The translations under genes and the position numbers were made by a program. This document shows, piece after piece, positions 1 through 9,663 of a stretch of 64,000 nucleotides of DNA (its first letter is position 1; each line of letters opens with the position of its first letter). The stretch comes from an uncultured Candidatus Rokubacteria bacterium. Lineage in GTDB: Bacteria; Methylomirabilota; Methylomirabilia; Rokubacteriales; DASRDR01. The DNA is taken from contig CAWDVE010000024.1 in the NCBI GenBank assembly GCA_963805625.1, positions 96,001-160,000 on the forward strand. The letters run 5' to 3'. Under the pieces are notes generated by a model. That model made no database searches, had not been told where the DNA came from, and worked only from the letters and a program-made list of their open reading frames with translations.

Positions 1-450
1 CGGTGGACGTGATGCCCACCAGGAAGCTCAGAAGTGCCAGCTGCTCCATGCATGCGCCCGATGGGTCACCCGCAAACGAGCCGCTCTCGTTGTAGGGATA
101 GATCGAGGCAATCTTCCTCGGGATGATGACATGGTCGCTTACGCTAATAATCGCGAAACCCAACTCCTCGCCCTTGTGTGCCAATATCGCGAGGCTGTGC
201 GGTGTCGCCATCGGTCCGCGCGTTGGTAGTCCAAAGCCAAACTCCATTGTCGTTCCTCCTCCTGCCACCGGCACAGCGGAACGCCCTCGACCGGGTACGA
301 TTTCGTCGTGGGTACGCGCAGGCTGGGTTGAGCATACGTGAAGACTTGGCATCCAACGAGGAAGGCGTCAAGTACCTCGATCGGGAAGGGAGGGAGCACG
401 GGAAGTCGCGTGCGCGCGTGCGGTCCGGCTTCTTCTGCAGACCGGCTCCC

Positions 451-710
451 AACGATAACGCGCTGACCGAGACGGTGATCGGGCTGTTCCGACCGAGGAG
501 ATCCACCGACGCGGAGCCTGGAAGGGCCTTGAGGACGTGGAGTTCGCGACGCTCGAGCGGGTCGCGTGGTACAACAAGGGCCGCCTGCTCACCCCGCTCG
601 GCTACGTGCCGCAGGCCGAGTTCGAGCAGGCCTATCATGACCGTCAGACGGCTCCGGCCGAGTTGGCGGTCCTCACGTAACGAGCTCTCCGGAGAACCCG
701 GGGCGGTTCG
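451..710 (+). mobile_element. IS3-family transposase C-terminal remnant with right terminal inverted repeat
   Basis: Across a frameshift it reads DNALTETVIGLF / EEIHRRGAWKGLEDVEFATLERVAWYNKGRLLTPLGYVPQAEFEQAY...TAA, the typical IS3 OrfB end. It is followed by CTCTCCGGAGAACCCGGGGCGGTTCG (685-710), resembling an IS3 right IR whose terminal CA is altered. Confidence 0.8.
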
Positions 711-880
711 AGACGCACTCTGTGAAGGTCCGATCGCCGGCCTGACGAGGTCGCCACATTTTGCGCAAAGGGCAGCGTCCCGATAGCTGTGGAAAAGAGG
801 AATGGCGTATCTTCTCGGAGGTTGGGATTGGAGTCCACCATCCATGGCCTTGGCCGGGGCGCACCGAGAGGAGATACGCC

Positions 881-1145
881 GATGCCGACCTTGCCACAGA
901 AGGCAACCGCGTACAACCTAGCAGCCGTGGACTGGGCCGCCGCTCTCAGGCCGACATGCTGGAGGTTGGTCCGGCGGGCCATTGAGCACGTGGTCGAATC
1001 GGAGCTGGCCGTGGCGCTGGGCCCTCGTTACGCACGACAGGAGACGCGCGTCGGCCACCGCCACGGGACGAAGACGCGCACGATCACGAGCCTAGTCGGC
1101 ACCGTCACGCTGACGGTGCCACGCGTCCGCTTGCAAACGCCATCA
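881..1145 (+). mobile_element. IS256-family transposase N-terminal fragment
   Basis: VRRAIEHVVESELAVALG..RYAR...RVGHRHG...RTITSLVGTVTLTVPRVR matches the IS256/Mutator N-terminus; similarity stops abruptly. Confidence 0.7.
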
Positions 1146-1170
1146 CCTCGGGCTCTTCGAGCAGCGCGGG

Positions 1171-1443
1171 GTGCCATCGTCCGACGAGCGCGTGGCGCGG
1201 ATGCATCACTCCCCGTGGAAGGTGGGGGAGCCCACGGACCTCGTACGCGCGCGGCAGCGGCTGATCGAGACCGGGGCGCTGGTGGGCTCGTCGAACCACG
1301 GGGTGAGCCTGTCGCTCTACGCGAAGGATCCCGACGGGCTCGAGTTCGAGGTCTTCTGGACGGTCCCGGATGGCAAGCCCGTCGGCACCAGACCGCTCCA
1401 TCTCGAGGCCGAGCTGGCCCGGCGCGGCATCACGGTGTCGTAG
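1171..1443 (+). pseudogene. VOC/glyoxalase-family C-terminal fragment
   Basis: GSSNHGVSLSLYAKDPDGLEFEVFW motif; the N-terminal half is replaced by the IS fragment. Confidence 0.6.
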
Positions 1444-1477
1444 GGCGCTCCGGGGCCGCGCCTCGTTAGGGGCCCTG

Positions 1478-2551
1478 ATGGATTCCGGCGAGACCGACGC
1501 AGATCGAGGGCGCCTCGGGGGTCTGCAGGATGCCTTCGACCAGGCGTGGCGCGCTGCCGAGGCACGTCGCGAGTCGCACTACGTCTTGCTCGGTCGGCCC
1601 GTGCGCATCCGCATCGCCGGCGGCGCCCTAGCGGCCCACATTCATGAGGCCTTCGCGCACCTGAGCGCGGGCGCAACCGTGGACGCGCCCCGCCTCACGG
1701 TCGACCTCTGGGACGTGCGGGAGACGGGCGTGCCCGTTCCCGACGACGGGGTGCGCTGCGTGGGCGAGCAGACCTGGGGGCCGGCCGAGGACCGCTTTGC
1801 CGCCACTCACGATCGGCGCGTCGTCGGCACCCACCTGCCCGGCAGCGGCGCGTGGCTCGACCGGCGCGCCGGGCACGCGATCGGCTGGTTCGCGGACGGC
1901 GATGGCCTCACGACGCACGAGCGGAGCAAGCCGCTCTACGCGCTGCTCGCTGTCTGGGCCAGCGATCGCGGCGTCCACGGCGTTCACGCCGCGCTGGTCG
2001 GCCGCGATGGGAGCGGGGTGCTGGTCCCGGGCGGTAGCGGTGCGGGGAAATCGACGGTCGCCCTCGCCTGCCTCTGCGCAGGGCAGACCTACTTCGGCGA
2101 CGACTGGATCGGACTCGCCCGCGTCGGCGACGTCTTCGAGGGCTACGGGTTCTATGGCGCCGCACTCCTGGAGGCACGCCACGCCACGCGTTTCCCGCTG
2201 CTCCAGCCCCACATTGTTCGCCCTCCGGGCCCAGGCGAGGGGAAGGCGCTCCTGCCGCTCGCGAGCGCGTTTCCCGAGCGGCTCGGACATTCGACGCGCG
2301 TGCGCGCGCTGGCCCTGCCACGCATCGTCGCGAGGTCGGGGACGCGGGTTGGCCCCGCCTCGCCGCGCGAGGCGCTGCTGACGCTCATGCCCAGCTCGGT
2401 CTTCATGATGCGGCCCCGCGGTGGACGCGCCGGAATCGAGCGCCTGGCCCAGCTCGCCCGCGAGCTCCCAGCGTACTGGCTCGAGATCGGCAGCGACCTG
2501 GACGACATCCCCCGAGGCGTCGACGAGATCCTGGTGCGCGCGACGACGTGA
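1478..2551 (+). CDS. HPr kinase-related P-loop kinase
   Basis: VHAALV, Walker A GGSGAGKST, and YFGDDW (DD motif of HprK-like kinases). Start chosen at ATG 1478. Confidence 0.8.
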   Translation: MDSGETDADRGRLGGLQDAFDQAWRAAEARRESHYVLLGRPVRIRIAGGALAAHIHEAFAHLSAGATVDAPRLTVDLWDVRETGVPVPDDGVRCVGEQTWGPAEDRFAATHDRRVVGTHLPGSGAWLDRRAGHAIGWFADGDGLTTHERSKPLYALLAVWASDRGVHGVHAALVGRDGSGVLVPGGSGAGKSTVALACLCAGQTYFGDDWIGLARVGDVFEGYGFYGAALLEARHATRFPLLQPHIVRPPGPGEGKALLPLASAFPERLGHSTRVRALALPRIVARSGTRVGPASPREALLTLMPSSVFMMRPRGGRAGIERLAQLARELPAYWLEIGSDLDDIPRGVDEILVRATT

Positions 2552-3708
2552 ACCGCCCTTGGCCCGACGGCCTGTGTCTCCTGCTACCGACCTCGGAGGA
2601 GACTGATCTCCTGCGCGCCTGCTTGTGGTCGGGGCCGGGGGGACGCGAGGCCTGGGAGCGGTGGCAAGGGCGTGTGGGCGGGGTGCGCCGGGGGCTCGGC
2701 GACGAAGCCGTGAAGCCGTTGCTCCCGCTGCTCTATCACGCCGTGCGCCGGAACGAGCTCGCGGTCGAGCCCCGCGTGCGCACCACCCTCGGCGCGGCGG
2801 TGCTCGCGGAGACGCTCCGGAGCGCGACCTACCAGCGGATCTGCGCGCGGGCCTGTGCGGCCGTCGAGGGGGCCTCCGTTCCGTTCCTCGTGCTCACGGG
2901 CGCGGCGCTGGGGGACACCGTCTATCCCGCAGGGGCGCTCCGGCACTCGCACGACGTCGACCTGCTCGTCGAGGCGCGCGACCTGGACCGCGCCACCGAG
3001 GCCCTGCGGCGTGGCGGCTTCACGCTGGTTCCCGGCCGGTGCGCGGACCCCGAGCAACGGGAGCTGCGCGACGAGTCCGGCCTCCCGATCCAGCTTCACT
3101 CCCGCCTGTTTCCCGTGCGCTACTACGCCATTGCCCTGGACGGCATCCGGGCCCGGGCCCAGGTCTCTGCGATCGCGGGCCGGCGCGTGCCCACGCTTTC
3201 CGCGGCCGACCACCTCGTGCACGTCTGCGGGCTGGCTGCCTGCGCGGGCCGCGGTCGGTCGCTGAAGTGGGTGTTCGACGCCTGGTACCTCATCGCCCGG
3301 CACCCTGAGCTGGACGGCCAAGCCCTTCTCCGGATGGCGTCCGATGCCCGCGTCGTGCTGCCGCTGACCGTGCTCCTGGGCTACCTGGCCGATCAGCTCG
3401 AGGCCCGCCTGCCGAGCCAGCTGCTCGCCGGGCTGGCGGCCGCCGCCGCGAGGACCGATCGGACCGCGCGCGAAGTCGCCCTGTTCGGGGTGCGTGCCGG
3501 CGGCCGGGGGACGCTTCGCAACCTCTGGCGGGCCACGCGCAGCTGGCGCGACGGAGCGGATCTGGTCCGCTGGATGCTCGTGCCGACGCCCGCCAGCTTG
3601 CGATTCGGCTGGCGGTTCCATGATTCTCGGCCCGTGGCCGCCGGCTATGTCCTGCGGCCCCTGTCCTACCTTCTGCGCCGCCTCGGATCGTGGCGGGGCG
3701 CCGCCTAG
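2548..3708 (+). CDS. Nucleotidyltransferase family protein (NTP_transf_5-like)
   Basis: FLVLTGAALGDTVYPAGALRHSHDVDLLV matches the LKG...YP...R...DxDLL signature, with K replaced by T. GTGA overlap with the kinase gene. Confidence 0.8.
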   Translation: MNRPWPDGLCLLLPTSEETDLLRACLWSGPGGREAWERWQGRVGGVRRGLGDEAVKPLLPLLYHAVRRNELAVEPRVRTTLGAAVLAETLRSATYQRICARACAAVEGASVPFLVLTGAALGDTVYPAGALRHSHDVDLLVEARDLDRATEALRRGGFTLVPGRCADPEQRELRDESGLPIQLHSRLFPVRYYAIALDGIRARAQVSAIAGRRVPTLSAADHLVHVCGLAACAGRGRSLKWVFDAWYLIARHPELDGQALLRMASDARVVLPLTVLLGYLADQLEARLPSQLLAGLAAAAARTDRTAREVALFGVRAGGRGTLRNLWRATRSWRDGADLVRWMLVPTPASLRFGWRFHDSRPVAAGYVLRPLSYLLRRLGSWRGAA

Positions 3709-3838
3709 GCGCGGGCCATGGTGGCCGTCGCCGGCGGCTGACGGCGGCCGGGGACCCCGCCTGCCGGTGCCGTCCAAGGTGAATGAGGGAGGCTACGAAT
3801 CGCAGTATCATGCAGGTCGACGTGCACAGGAGGTGGCG

Positions 3839-4291
3839 ATGCTGACGAACGACACTCGCCTGCGTCCGAACGACGCCGAGGTCGCGGCCGAGGTGATGGA
3901 TGGTGAGGCGATTCTGATCAACCTCGCCACCGGCGCGTACTACTCCATGGACAAGGCCGGCGGGCTGGTCTGGCAGTCGATCCAGCAGCACTGCTCGCTG
4001 GAGGAGATCGCCCAGCGGCTCACCGGCAGCTACGCCGTCTCGATCGAGCAGGCGCGCGCCGACGTGACCCGGCTCGGGTCCGAGCTGCTGGAAGCGCACC
4101 TCGTCACGGTCTCGACGGATGCCGCCCCCAGCGGTGATGCGTACGTCCCCCCGCCCGAGCGGCTGCTCTACGAGTCACCCACGGTGTCGGCTTACAGCGA
4201 CCTGCGCAACCTGCTCGCCCTCGATCCCCCGATGCCGTCCCTGGAGACCCTCCAGATCGAGGATCCGAGACGGGGGCCGTCCACCGCATGA
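3839..4291 (+). CDS. PqqD/RRE-family protein with C-terminal YxxP leader-like extension
   Basis: AGGAGG RBS; RRE fold DGEAILINLATGAYYSMDKAGGLVW...IAQRLTGSYAVSIEQARADVTRLGSELLEAHLV; tail YESPTVSAYSDLRNLLALDPPMP...PSTA. Confidence 0.85.
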   Translation: MLTNDTRLRPNDAEVAAEVMDGEAILINLATGAYYSMDKAGGLVWQSIQQHCSLEEIAQRLTGSYAVSIEQARADVTRLGSELLEAHLVTVSTDAAPSGDAYVPPPERLLYESPTVSAYSDLRNLLALDPPMPSLETLQIEDPRRGPSTA

Positions 4292-4298
4292 TTGGCAC

Positions 4299-5045
4299 GT
4301 GACCGGCGCCCTGGTGAGCTGCGTCGTCCCCGTGTTTAACGGGGAGCGCTACCTGCGGGAAGCGCTCGACAGCATCCTGGCCCAGACCTATCGGCCGCTG
4401 GAGGTCGTCGTGGCGGACGACGGCTCGACCGACAGCACGGTGGAGATCGTGGCTGGCTACGCCGACGCCGTGCGCTACGTCCGACAGGACAACGCCGGTG
4501 CCCCGGCGGCCCGCAACCTCGGTCTCGATAACGGGCGAGGTGACTTCATCGCCTTCCTCGACGCCGACGACGTCTGGCACCCGGAGAAGCTGGCCCGGCA
4601 GATGGCGCGCTTCGACGCGCGCCCCGACCTCGATCTCTGCGTCACCCACCTGCAGGCGTTCTGGATCGCCGAGCTGAAGGAGGAGGCGGCGAGATTCCGC
4701 GATCACCCACTGTCGGGGCCGCTGCCCGGGTATTCCACGGTGACCCTGTTGGCGCGACGCGCGCTGTTCGAACGGGTCGGCCGCTTCAACGTCGCGCTGA
4801 GCGTCGGCGATCCCATGGAGTGGTTCCTTCGTGCCGCCCACGAGGGCGCGGTGATGGAGCTGCTGCCGGAAACCCTTGTGTACCGGCGCATGCACCAGCG
4901 GAACCTGTCGTGGGATGTCGACGAAACCCGGCGCATGACGACGGCGATGCAGGCCTCGGTTCTACGGGTGGTGAAGGAGTCGCTCGATCGCCGGCGCCGC
5001 GAGGGATCGGCGGTGCGCGCCTACGACATCCCGGGGCCTCGATGA
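4299..5045 (+). CDS. Glycosyltransferase family 2
   Basis: VSCVVPVFNGERYL, DDGSTD, ARNLG, FLDADD motifs; GTG start. Confidence 0.9.
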   Translation: MTGALVSCVVPVFNGERYLREALDSILAQTYRPLEVVVADDGSTDSTVEIVAGYADAVRYVRQDNAGAPAARNLGLDNGRGDFIAFLDADDVWHPEKLARQMARFDARPDLDLCVTHLQAFWIAELKEEAARFRDHPLSGPLPGYSTVTLLARRALFERVGRFNVALSVGDPMEWFLRAAHEGAVMELLPETLVYRRMHQRNLSWDVDETRRMTTAMQASVLRVVKESLDRRRREGSAVRAYDIPGPR

Positions 5046-5176
5046 GCCGGGCCCTGGTGAGCTGCGTCGTCCCCGTGTTCAACGGGGAGCGCTACCTGCG
5101 GGAAGCGCTCGACAGCATCCTGGCCCAGACGTATCGGCCGCTGGAGGTCGTCGTGGCGGACGACGGCTCGACCGAC
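4308..5176 (+). repeat. Near-identical ~125 bp direct repeat at the 5' ends of the two GT2 genes (4308-4433 and 5051-5176)
   Basis: GCCCTGGTGAGCTGCGTCGTCCCCGTGTT...GACGACGGCTCGACCGAC occurs twice, with only two synonymous mismatches seen. Confidence 0.9.
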
Positions 5177-5764
5177 GGCTCGGCGGCGGCGGTGGCCGCC
5201 TACGGTGACCGGGCGCGCTGGCTGAGCCAGCCCACGGCGGGGCCGGCCGCGACGCGCAACCTCGGCCTGCGGGCCGCCCGCGGGGAGTTCGTCGCGTTCC
5301 TCGACGCCGACGATCTCTGGCATCCGGAGAAGCTGTCGCGCCAGGTCGCGCGCTTTGCGGCGCTGCCGGAGCTCGGCGTCTCGGTGACCCATATTCAGAA
5401 CTTCTGGATCGCCGACCTGGTGGAGGAGGCCGCGCGGCTTCGCGACGATCCGCGCGCAGGCCCGCTTCCCGGATACGTCACGATGACGATGATGGTGCGC
5501 CGGACGCTGTTCGACTCGGTCGGGCCGTTCGATGAATCCCTGTGGCACACGGACGCCGCCGACTGGTTCGTGCGCGTCGCCGCCCAGGGCGTCGTGATAG
5601 AGATGCTGCCCGATGTTCTCGCCCACCATCGCATGCACCGCACCAACCTCAGCCGCCGGATGGGGCCTGGCTCGCGCCGGGAGTTCGTGGGCATGGTGAA
5701 GCGGTCGCTCGACTGGCGACGGCGCTTCGGTGAGCCGGCGCCTCCGTTCCTGGCCTTCGACTAG
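5042..5764 (+). CDS. Glycosyltransferase family 2 (paralogue of the preceding gene)
   Basis: Same GT2 motifs; ATGA overlap with the upstream stop. Confidence 0.9.
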   Translation: MSRALVSCVVPVFNGERYLREALDSILAQTYRPLEVVVADDGSTDGSAAAVAAYGDRARWLSQPTAGPAATRNLGLRAARGEFVAFLDADDLWHPEKLSRQVARFAALPELGVSVTHIQNFWIADLVEEAARLRDDPRAGPLPGYVTMTMMVRRTLFDSVGPFDESLWHTDAADWFVRVAAQGVVIEMLPDVLAHHRMHRTNLSRRMGPGSRREFVGMVKRSLDWRRRFGEPAPPFLAFD

Positions 5765-5787
5765 GGTGGCGCCGGGCGGGGGTCGAG

Positions 5788-6903
5788 GTGCGGGTCCTCG
5801 TGTGGCAGGAGCCCTTCGGCCCTGGGCGCGGCGGCGTGCACACGATGGCGGAAGCGCTGCTCCCGGCCCTGCGGGGACGCGGTCACGACCTCGCCGTCGT
5901 CTCCCGACAGGACGCGACCGACGGCCCGCAGCGGGGGATGTGGAAAGGGATTCCCGTCTACCGATTCCCGCTCTGGCAAGCCCTCGAGAGCGCTGATCCC
6001 GCAGCGATCATGCGATGGCGACGCGAGATCGAGCGGCTCGAGCGCGACTTCGCGCCGGAGCTGGTTCATCTCAACTCCTTTGGTCCGACGGCCCTCTATC
6101 ACCTGGAGGCGAGGCGGGCCGCCCCCCCGCCGCTCCTCGTCACCCTCCACTCGTCGAACGTCTTGGTCCCCGGCTCCGCGACCGTGCTGCGACGGACCCT
6201 GCGGGCCGCCAGCTGGACGACCGCATGCTCGCATGCGCTACTCGCGCAGGCCCGACGGGTGGCCCCGGAGATCGAGGCGCGGTCGTCCGTCATCCACAAC
6301 GGCGTCGATCCTCCGGTCGGCGCGCCCTCGCCGCTTCCGTTCGACGAGCCCCGGGTGCTCTGCCTGGGTCAGCTCGCCCCCCACAAGGGGTTCGACCTGG
6401 CCATCCGAGCCTGCGCGGTGGTCCGCGCCCGATTTCCACGGTTGCGGCTGATCGTCGCCGGGGAAGGTCCGGCGAGGCGCGACCTGGAGGCGCTGGTCGA
6501 GCGGGAAGGCCTCGGCGCCGCGGTCGACTTCGTCGGCCGCGTAGCGCACGCCGATGTGCCAGAGCTCCTCGACACCGTCACGCTGGTCGCGCTGCCGTCG
6601 CGGCGCGAGGCGTTCCCACTCGTCGCGCTCGAGGCCGCGGTAATGGGCCGCCCAGTCGTGGCCGCTCGCGTCGATGGGCTGCCCGAGGCCGTGGCCGACC
6701 GGGAGACTGGCCTGCTGGTGGACCCGGAGAGCCCGGTGGCGCTCGCCGCGGCGATCACGTTCCTCCTGACCCACCCCGACGCGGCCGTGGCCATGGGCGC
6801 GGCCGGGAGGCGCCGCGCCGCGCGGGAATTCGGGCTGGCGCGGCACGTGGACGCCTACGATAGGCTGTACCGGACGCTGCGGGAAGGGCCGGTGCCGGGA
6901 TGA
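5788..6903 (+). CDS. Glycosyltransferase family 4 (GT-B)
   Basis: GQLAPHKG and PSRREAFPLVALEAAVMGRPVVA (EX7E) motifs. Confidence 0.9.
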   Translation: MRVLVWQEPFGPGRGGVHTMAEALLPALRGRGHDLAVVSRQDATDGPQRGMWKGIPVYRFPLWQALESADPAAIMRWRREIERLERDFAPELVHLNSFGPTALYHLEARRAAPPPLLVTLHSSNVLVPGSATVLRRTLRAASWTTACSHALLAQARRVAPEIEARSSVIHNGVDPPVGAPSPLPFDEPRVLCLGQLAPHKGFDLAIRACAVVRARFPRLRLIVAGEGPARRDLEALVEREGLGAAVDFVGRVAHADVPELLDTVTLVALPSRREAFPLVALEAAVMGRPVVAARVDGLPEAVADRETGLLVDPESPVALAAAITFLLTHPDAAVAMGAAGRRRAAREFGLARHVDAYDRLYRTLREGPVPG

Positions 6904-7712
6904 AGACCATCGACAACCTCGAGATCCACCTCGTTCACAGTTGTAATCTGGCTTGCGAGGGCTGCTCGCACTATTCCAACCAGGGACACCGGGGGATGAT
7001 CTCGCTCGAGGAAGCGGACGCCTGGATGCGTCAGTGGAACCGGCGGGTGAGCCCGCGCACCTTTTCGCTGCTGGGGGGCGAGCCCACGATTCATCCGAAG
7101 CTCGTCGACTTCGTGTCCCTGAGCCGCCGGAACTGGCCCGAGGCGCGGCTCCAGCTGGTGACCAACGGCTTCCTGCTAGACCGGCATCCGGACCTGCCGG
7201 TCGTCCTCGGCAACGACCCGAATGCCTGCATCTCGCTCTCGATCCATCACGCCTCACCGCAGTATCGCGACCGGCTCCTGCCCGTCGTCCGGCTCCTCGT
7301 CGAGTGGACCCGCCGCCACGGTGTGCAGATCGACTTCCGGCCATCCCACGGAAGCTGGACTCGCCGGTACAAGGGGTTCGGGGCCTCGATGGAGCCCTTC
7401 GACGACGGCCGGCCGCGGGAGAGCTGGGAGCGCTGCCCGGCGAAGTACTGCAAGCAGCTGTTCCGGGGCGAGTTGTGGAAGTGCGCCCCGATCGCCTATC
7501 TGCCGATGCAGCACGCGAAGTACGGGCTCTCCGCAGCGTGGAAGCCCTATCTCAAGTACAAGTCGCTGGCGCCCGGCTGCACGGACGAGGAGCTCTCGGC
7601 GTTTCTTGCCCTAGAGGACGAGTCCTGCTGCCGGATGTGTCCGGCCGAGCCGGAGCGCTTCGAGATGCCGCTGCCCTTCCCGTCTCGCGCTTTCGTCCGC
7701 ACGCCCCGATAG
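6900..7712 (+). CDS. Radical SAM protein with Cys-rich C-terminus
   Basis: CNLACEGC (CxxxCxxC), GGEPT, TNG; C-terminal C..C..KC..CCRMC; ATGA overlap. Confidence 0.9.
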   Translation: MKTIDNLEIHLVHSCNLACEGCSHYSNQGHRGMISLEEADAWMRQWNRRVSPRTFSLLGGEPTIHPKLVDFVSLSRRNWPEARLQLVTNGFLLDRHPDLPVVLGNDPNACISLSIHHASPQYRDRLLPVVRLLVEWTRRHGVQIDFRPSHGSWTRRYKGFGASMEPFDDGRPRESWERCPAKYCKQLFRGELWKCAPIAYLPMQHAKYGLSAAWKPYLKYKSLAPGCTDEELSAFLALEDESCCRMCPAEPERFEMPLPFPSRAFVRTPR

Positions 7713-8020
7713 CGTCGGGTTTCCTCGGGCGCCACGGCCCTCCGGCCGGGCGAGGGTGACGGTGTCGTCCCGCTGGGCGCCGCCGACGCGTGGCCGCCCG
7801 GGCCGACCACCAGCGTCGACCCTCCTCGTTCATGGTCCGATGCGCTCTATTGACATCGGGCCCACGTTGGGTCGACGCGGATGATCCGAAAGCGCCGGGA
7901 CCGCCCGTCGGGAAGATCGAACATGCGTATCCGATTCTGGGGGACTCACTCATCCCCTCAACCCCTTGACGGCTTTCACCCCTCGGCCATAGCGTAGCTC
8001 TACCAGCGAAGGACAACCCT

Positions 8021-8203
8021 ATGAGCTGTCGAGTTACGCGAGCCCTGCCCCTCATCCTGCTCGGCACTACCGCCTGTGGCGATGCGACCATCACCGCCAC
8101 GTCACACTTCCCGAAGCGAGACGAGGACAACCGCGGCGCCACGGTTCGCGTCGTGGCTGAAGAGGCTCCGCAGAGGAGCGAGCCCGAGATCAGCCATCCA
8201 TGA
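8021..8203 (+). CDS. Possible small or truncated lipoprotein
   Basis: AAGGA upstream; hydrophobic stretch ending LLGTTAC-G; candidate promoter TTGACG-18-TAGCGT at 7966-7995. Confidence 0.25.
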   Translation: MSCRVTRALPLILLGTTACGDATITATSHFPKRDEDNRGATVRVVAEEAPQRSEPEISHP

Positions 8204-8279
8204 GAGTCGAGGCCCAAACCTGCCCTGCGCTGGCGCCGGCGCCGTGACTCGGTCGTCTGATTTCCTGGGGGCCTGTGGG

Positions 8280-9533
8280 GTGGCCCTGTGCCGTCTGGCG
8301 CATCCGCTGGTTCGCAAGATCCTGAAGAACCTCGCCCTGGTGGCCCTTGGCCTGGTTGTCGGGCTCCTGCTCGCCGAGCTCGCTCTTCGCGTGCTCGCCC
8401 GCTTCAACGCCCCGGTGAGGTACCTGGCGACGATTGGCGCCGCTCCTGAACGGCCGGTCTTCGCTAACCTCGAGGCCTACCTAGCCTCGCAACGCCCTCA
8501 GGTGGAGCCGCACCGTGACGTTCTCAACTTCTGGACCAACTCACTCGGACTGAACGACGTCGAATTCGTCGTGCCGAAGCCGCCGGGCCGCTTTCGAATC
8601 CTGGCGCTGGGCGACTCGTTCACGTACGGCTCCGTCCCCTACCCGGACGCTGTCATGACGCGGCTCGAGGAGGCCCTTCGGGCAAGCTGCCCACGGGTCA
8701 GCCTCGACCTGCTCAACTTCGGCATCGGCGGGGCGGGCGTCTGGGACTACAAGACACTCCTCGAACTGGCAACCGAAACATTCGACCCCGACCTCGTCCT
8801 CGTGAACTTCTACATGGGCAACGATGGTCCCGACCTATACGTCCGTCCGCGATCGTCCACGCGGCGGCGCCTGTCGATTCGGCGCTCCTATCTCGTCAGA
8901 TACGTGCGCAACGCGTTGGCGCTTGCGACGGGTCTCGAGCGGCAGCGTCGAGTTACAGGCCCAAGCCCACGCTCGCCTGGTTCGCCGGGCGCCCAGGGTG
9001 GCATGCTGGTGAATCCTGAGAGCTCCCTGCAACCGGACGATTCACGCCTGACGGGACCGAGCTTCACCGAGGAGAAGTTCCTTGAGATCATGAGTGTTGA
9101 GCTCCGCCGATTCTCGCGGCAGTTCGAGTCGGATGACCCGGAGCGTGCATGGCAGGCCACACTGACGATACTCGACCTCCTCCGGCACGAGATCACGGGA
9201 CGGGGCCATCGCCTAGTCATGACCCTCTACCCATCGGAACTCCAGGTCGACTCCAAGAAGGGATCCGAGCTCGTGGAGGAGCTTCGCCAGCAGTCGCGAT
9301 TGGCGAGCCTCTTGCCGGTACACATCGACCCGCAGATCCCCAACCGGATCTTGCTCGACCACTGCCGACGCGTCGGGATGGACTGCTACGATGTGACGCC
9401 CGACCTCATCGCCGCGAGCAGGGAGTCGGCCGAGCCGCTGTACAAGAAGCGCGACACGCATTGGACCGTTCGAGGCAACCGGGTGGTGGCCGAGGCTCAG
9501 GCGCGCTGGCTGCGCCGCATCGTGTGTCCCTAG
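8280..9533 (+). CDS. Membrane-anchored SGNH/GDSL hydrolase (AlgX/AlgJ-like acyltransferase/esterase)
   Basis: N-terminal TM helix, NSLG, ILALGDSFTYG (block I), GND, DTHW (DxH). Start codon uncertain. Confidence 0.8.
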   Translation: MALCRLAHPLVRKILKNLALVALGLVVGLLLAELALRVLARFNAPVRYLATIGAAPERPVFANLEAYLASQRPQVEPHRDVLNFWTNSLGLNDVEFVVPKPPGRFRILALGDSFTYGSVPYPDAVMTRLEEALRASCPRVSLDLLNFGIGGAGVWDYKTLLELATETFDPDLVLVNFYMGNDGPDLYVRPRSSTRRRLSIRRSYLVRYVRNALALATGLERQRRVTGPSPRSPGSPGAQGGMLVNPESSLQPDDSRLTGPSFTEEKFLEIMSVELRRFSRQFESDDPERAWQATLTILDLLRHEITGRGHRLVMTLYPSELQVDSKKGSELVEELRQQSRLASLLPVHIDPQIPNRILLDHCRRVGMDCYDVTPDLIAASRESAEPLYKKRDTHWTVRGNRVVAEAQARWLRRIVCP

Positions 9534-9663
9534 TCTATCCACCACCGTCACTCTCCCTGCTCGTCCAACTCCTCCACATCTCGGGCCAACCGCTGAAGGT
9601 GTGGGTTGTCCCGAATGAGGCGCAGGCCAGCACCTCGGTGGCCCCGTCCCGCGCCTCCGATCC

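Noticed and set aside
1478-4291. Lasso peptide gene cluster
   Set aside because: No lasso cyclase, no B2 transglutaminase-like peptidase and no separate precursor ORF are present in the window.
5043-6903. Other TGA stops as selenocysteine codons
   Set aside because: They fall at natural domain ends and form ATGA/GTGA overlaps with the next gene, not at catalytic Cys positions.
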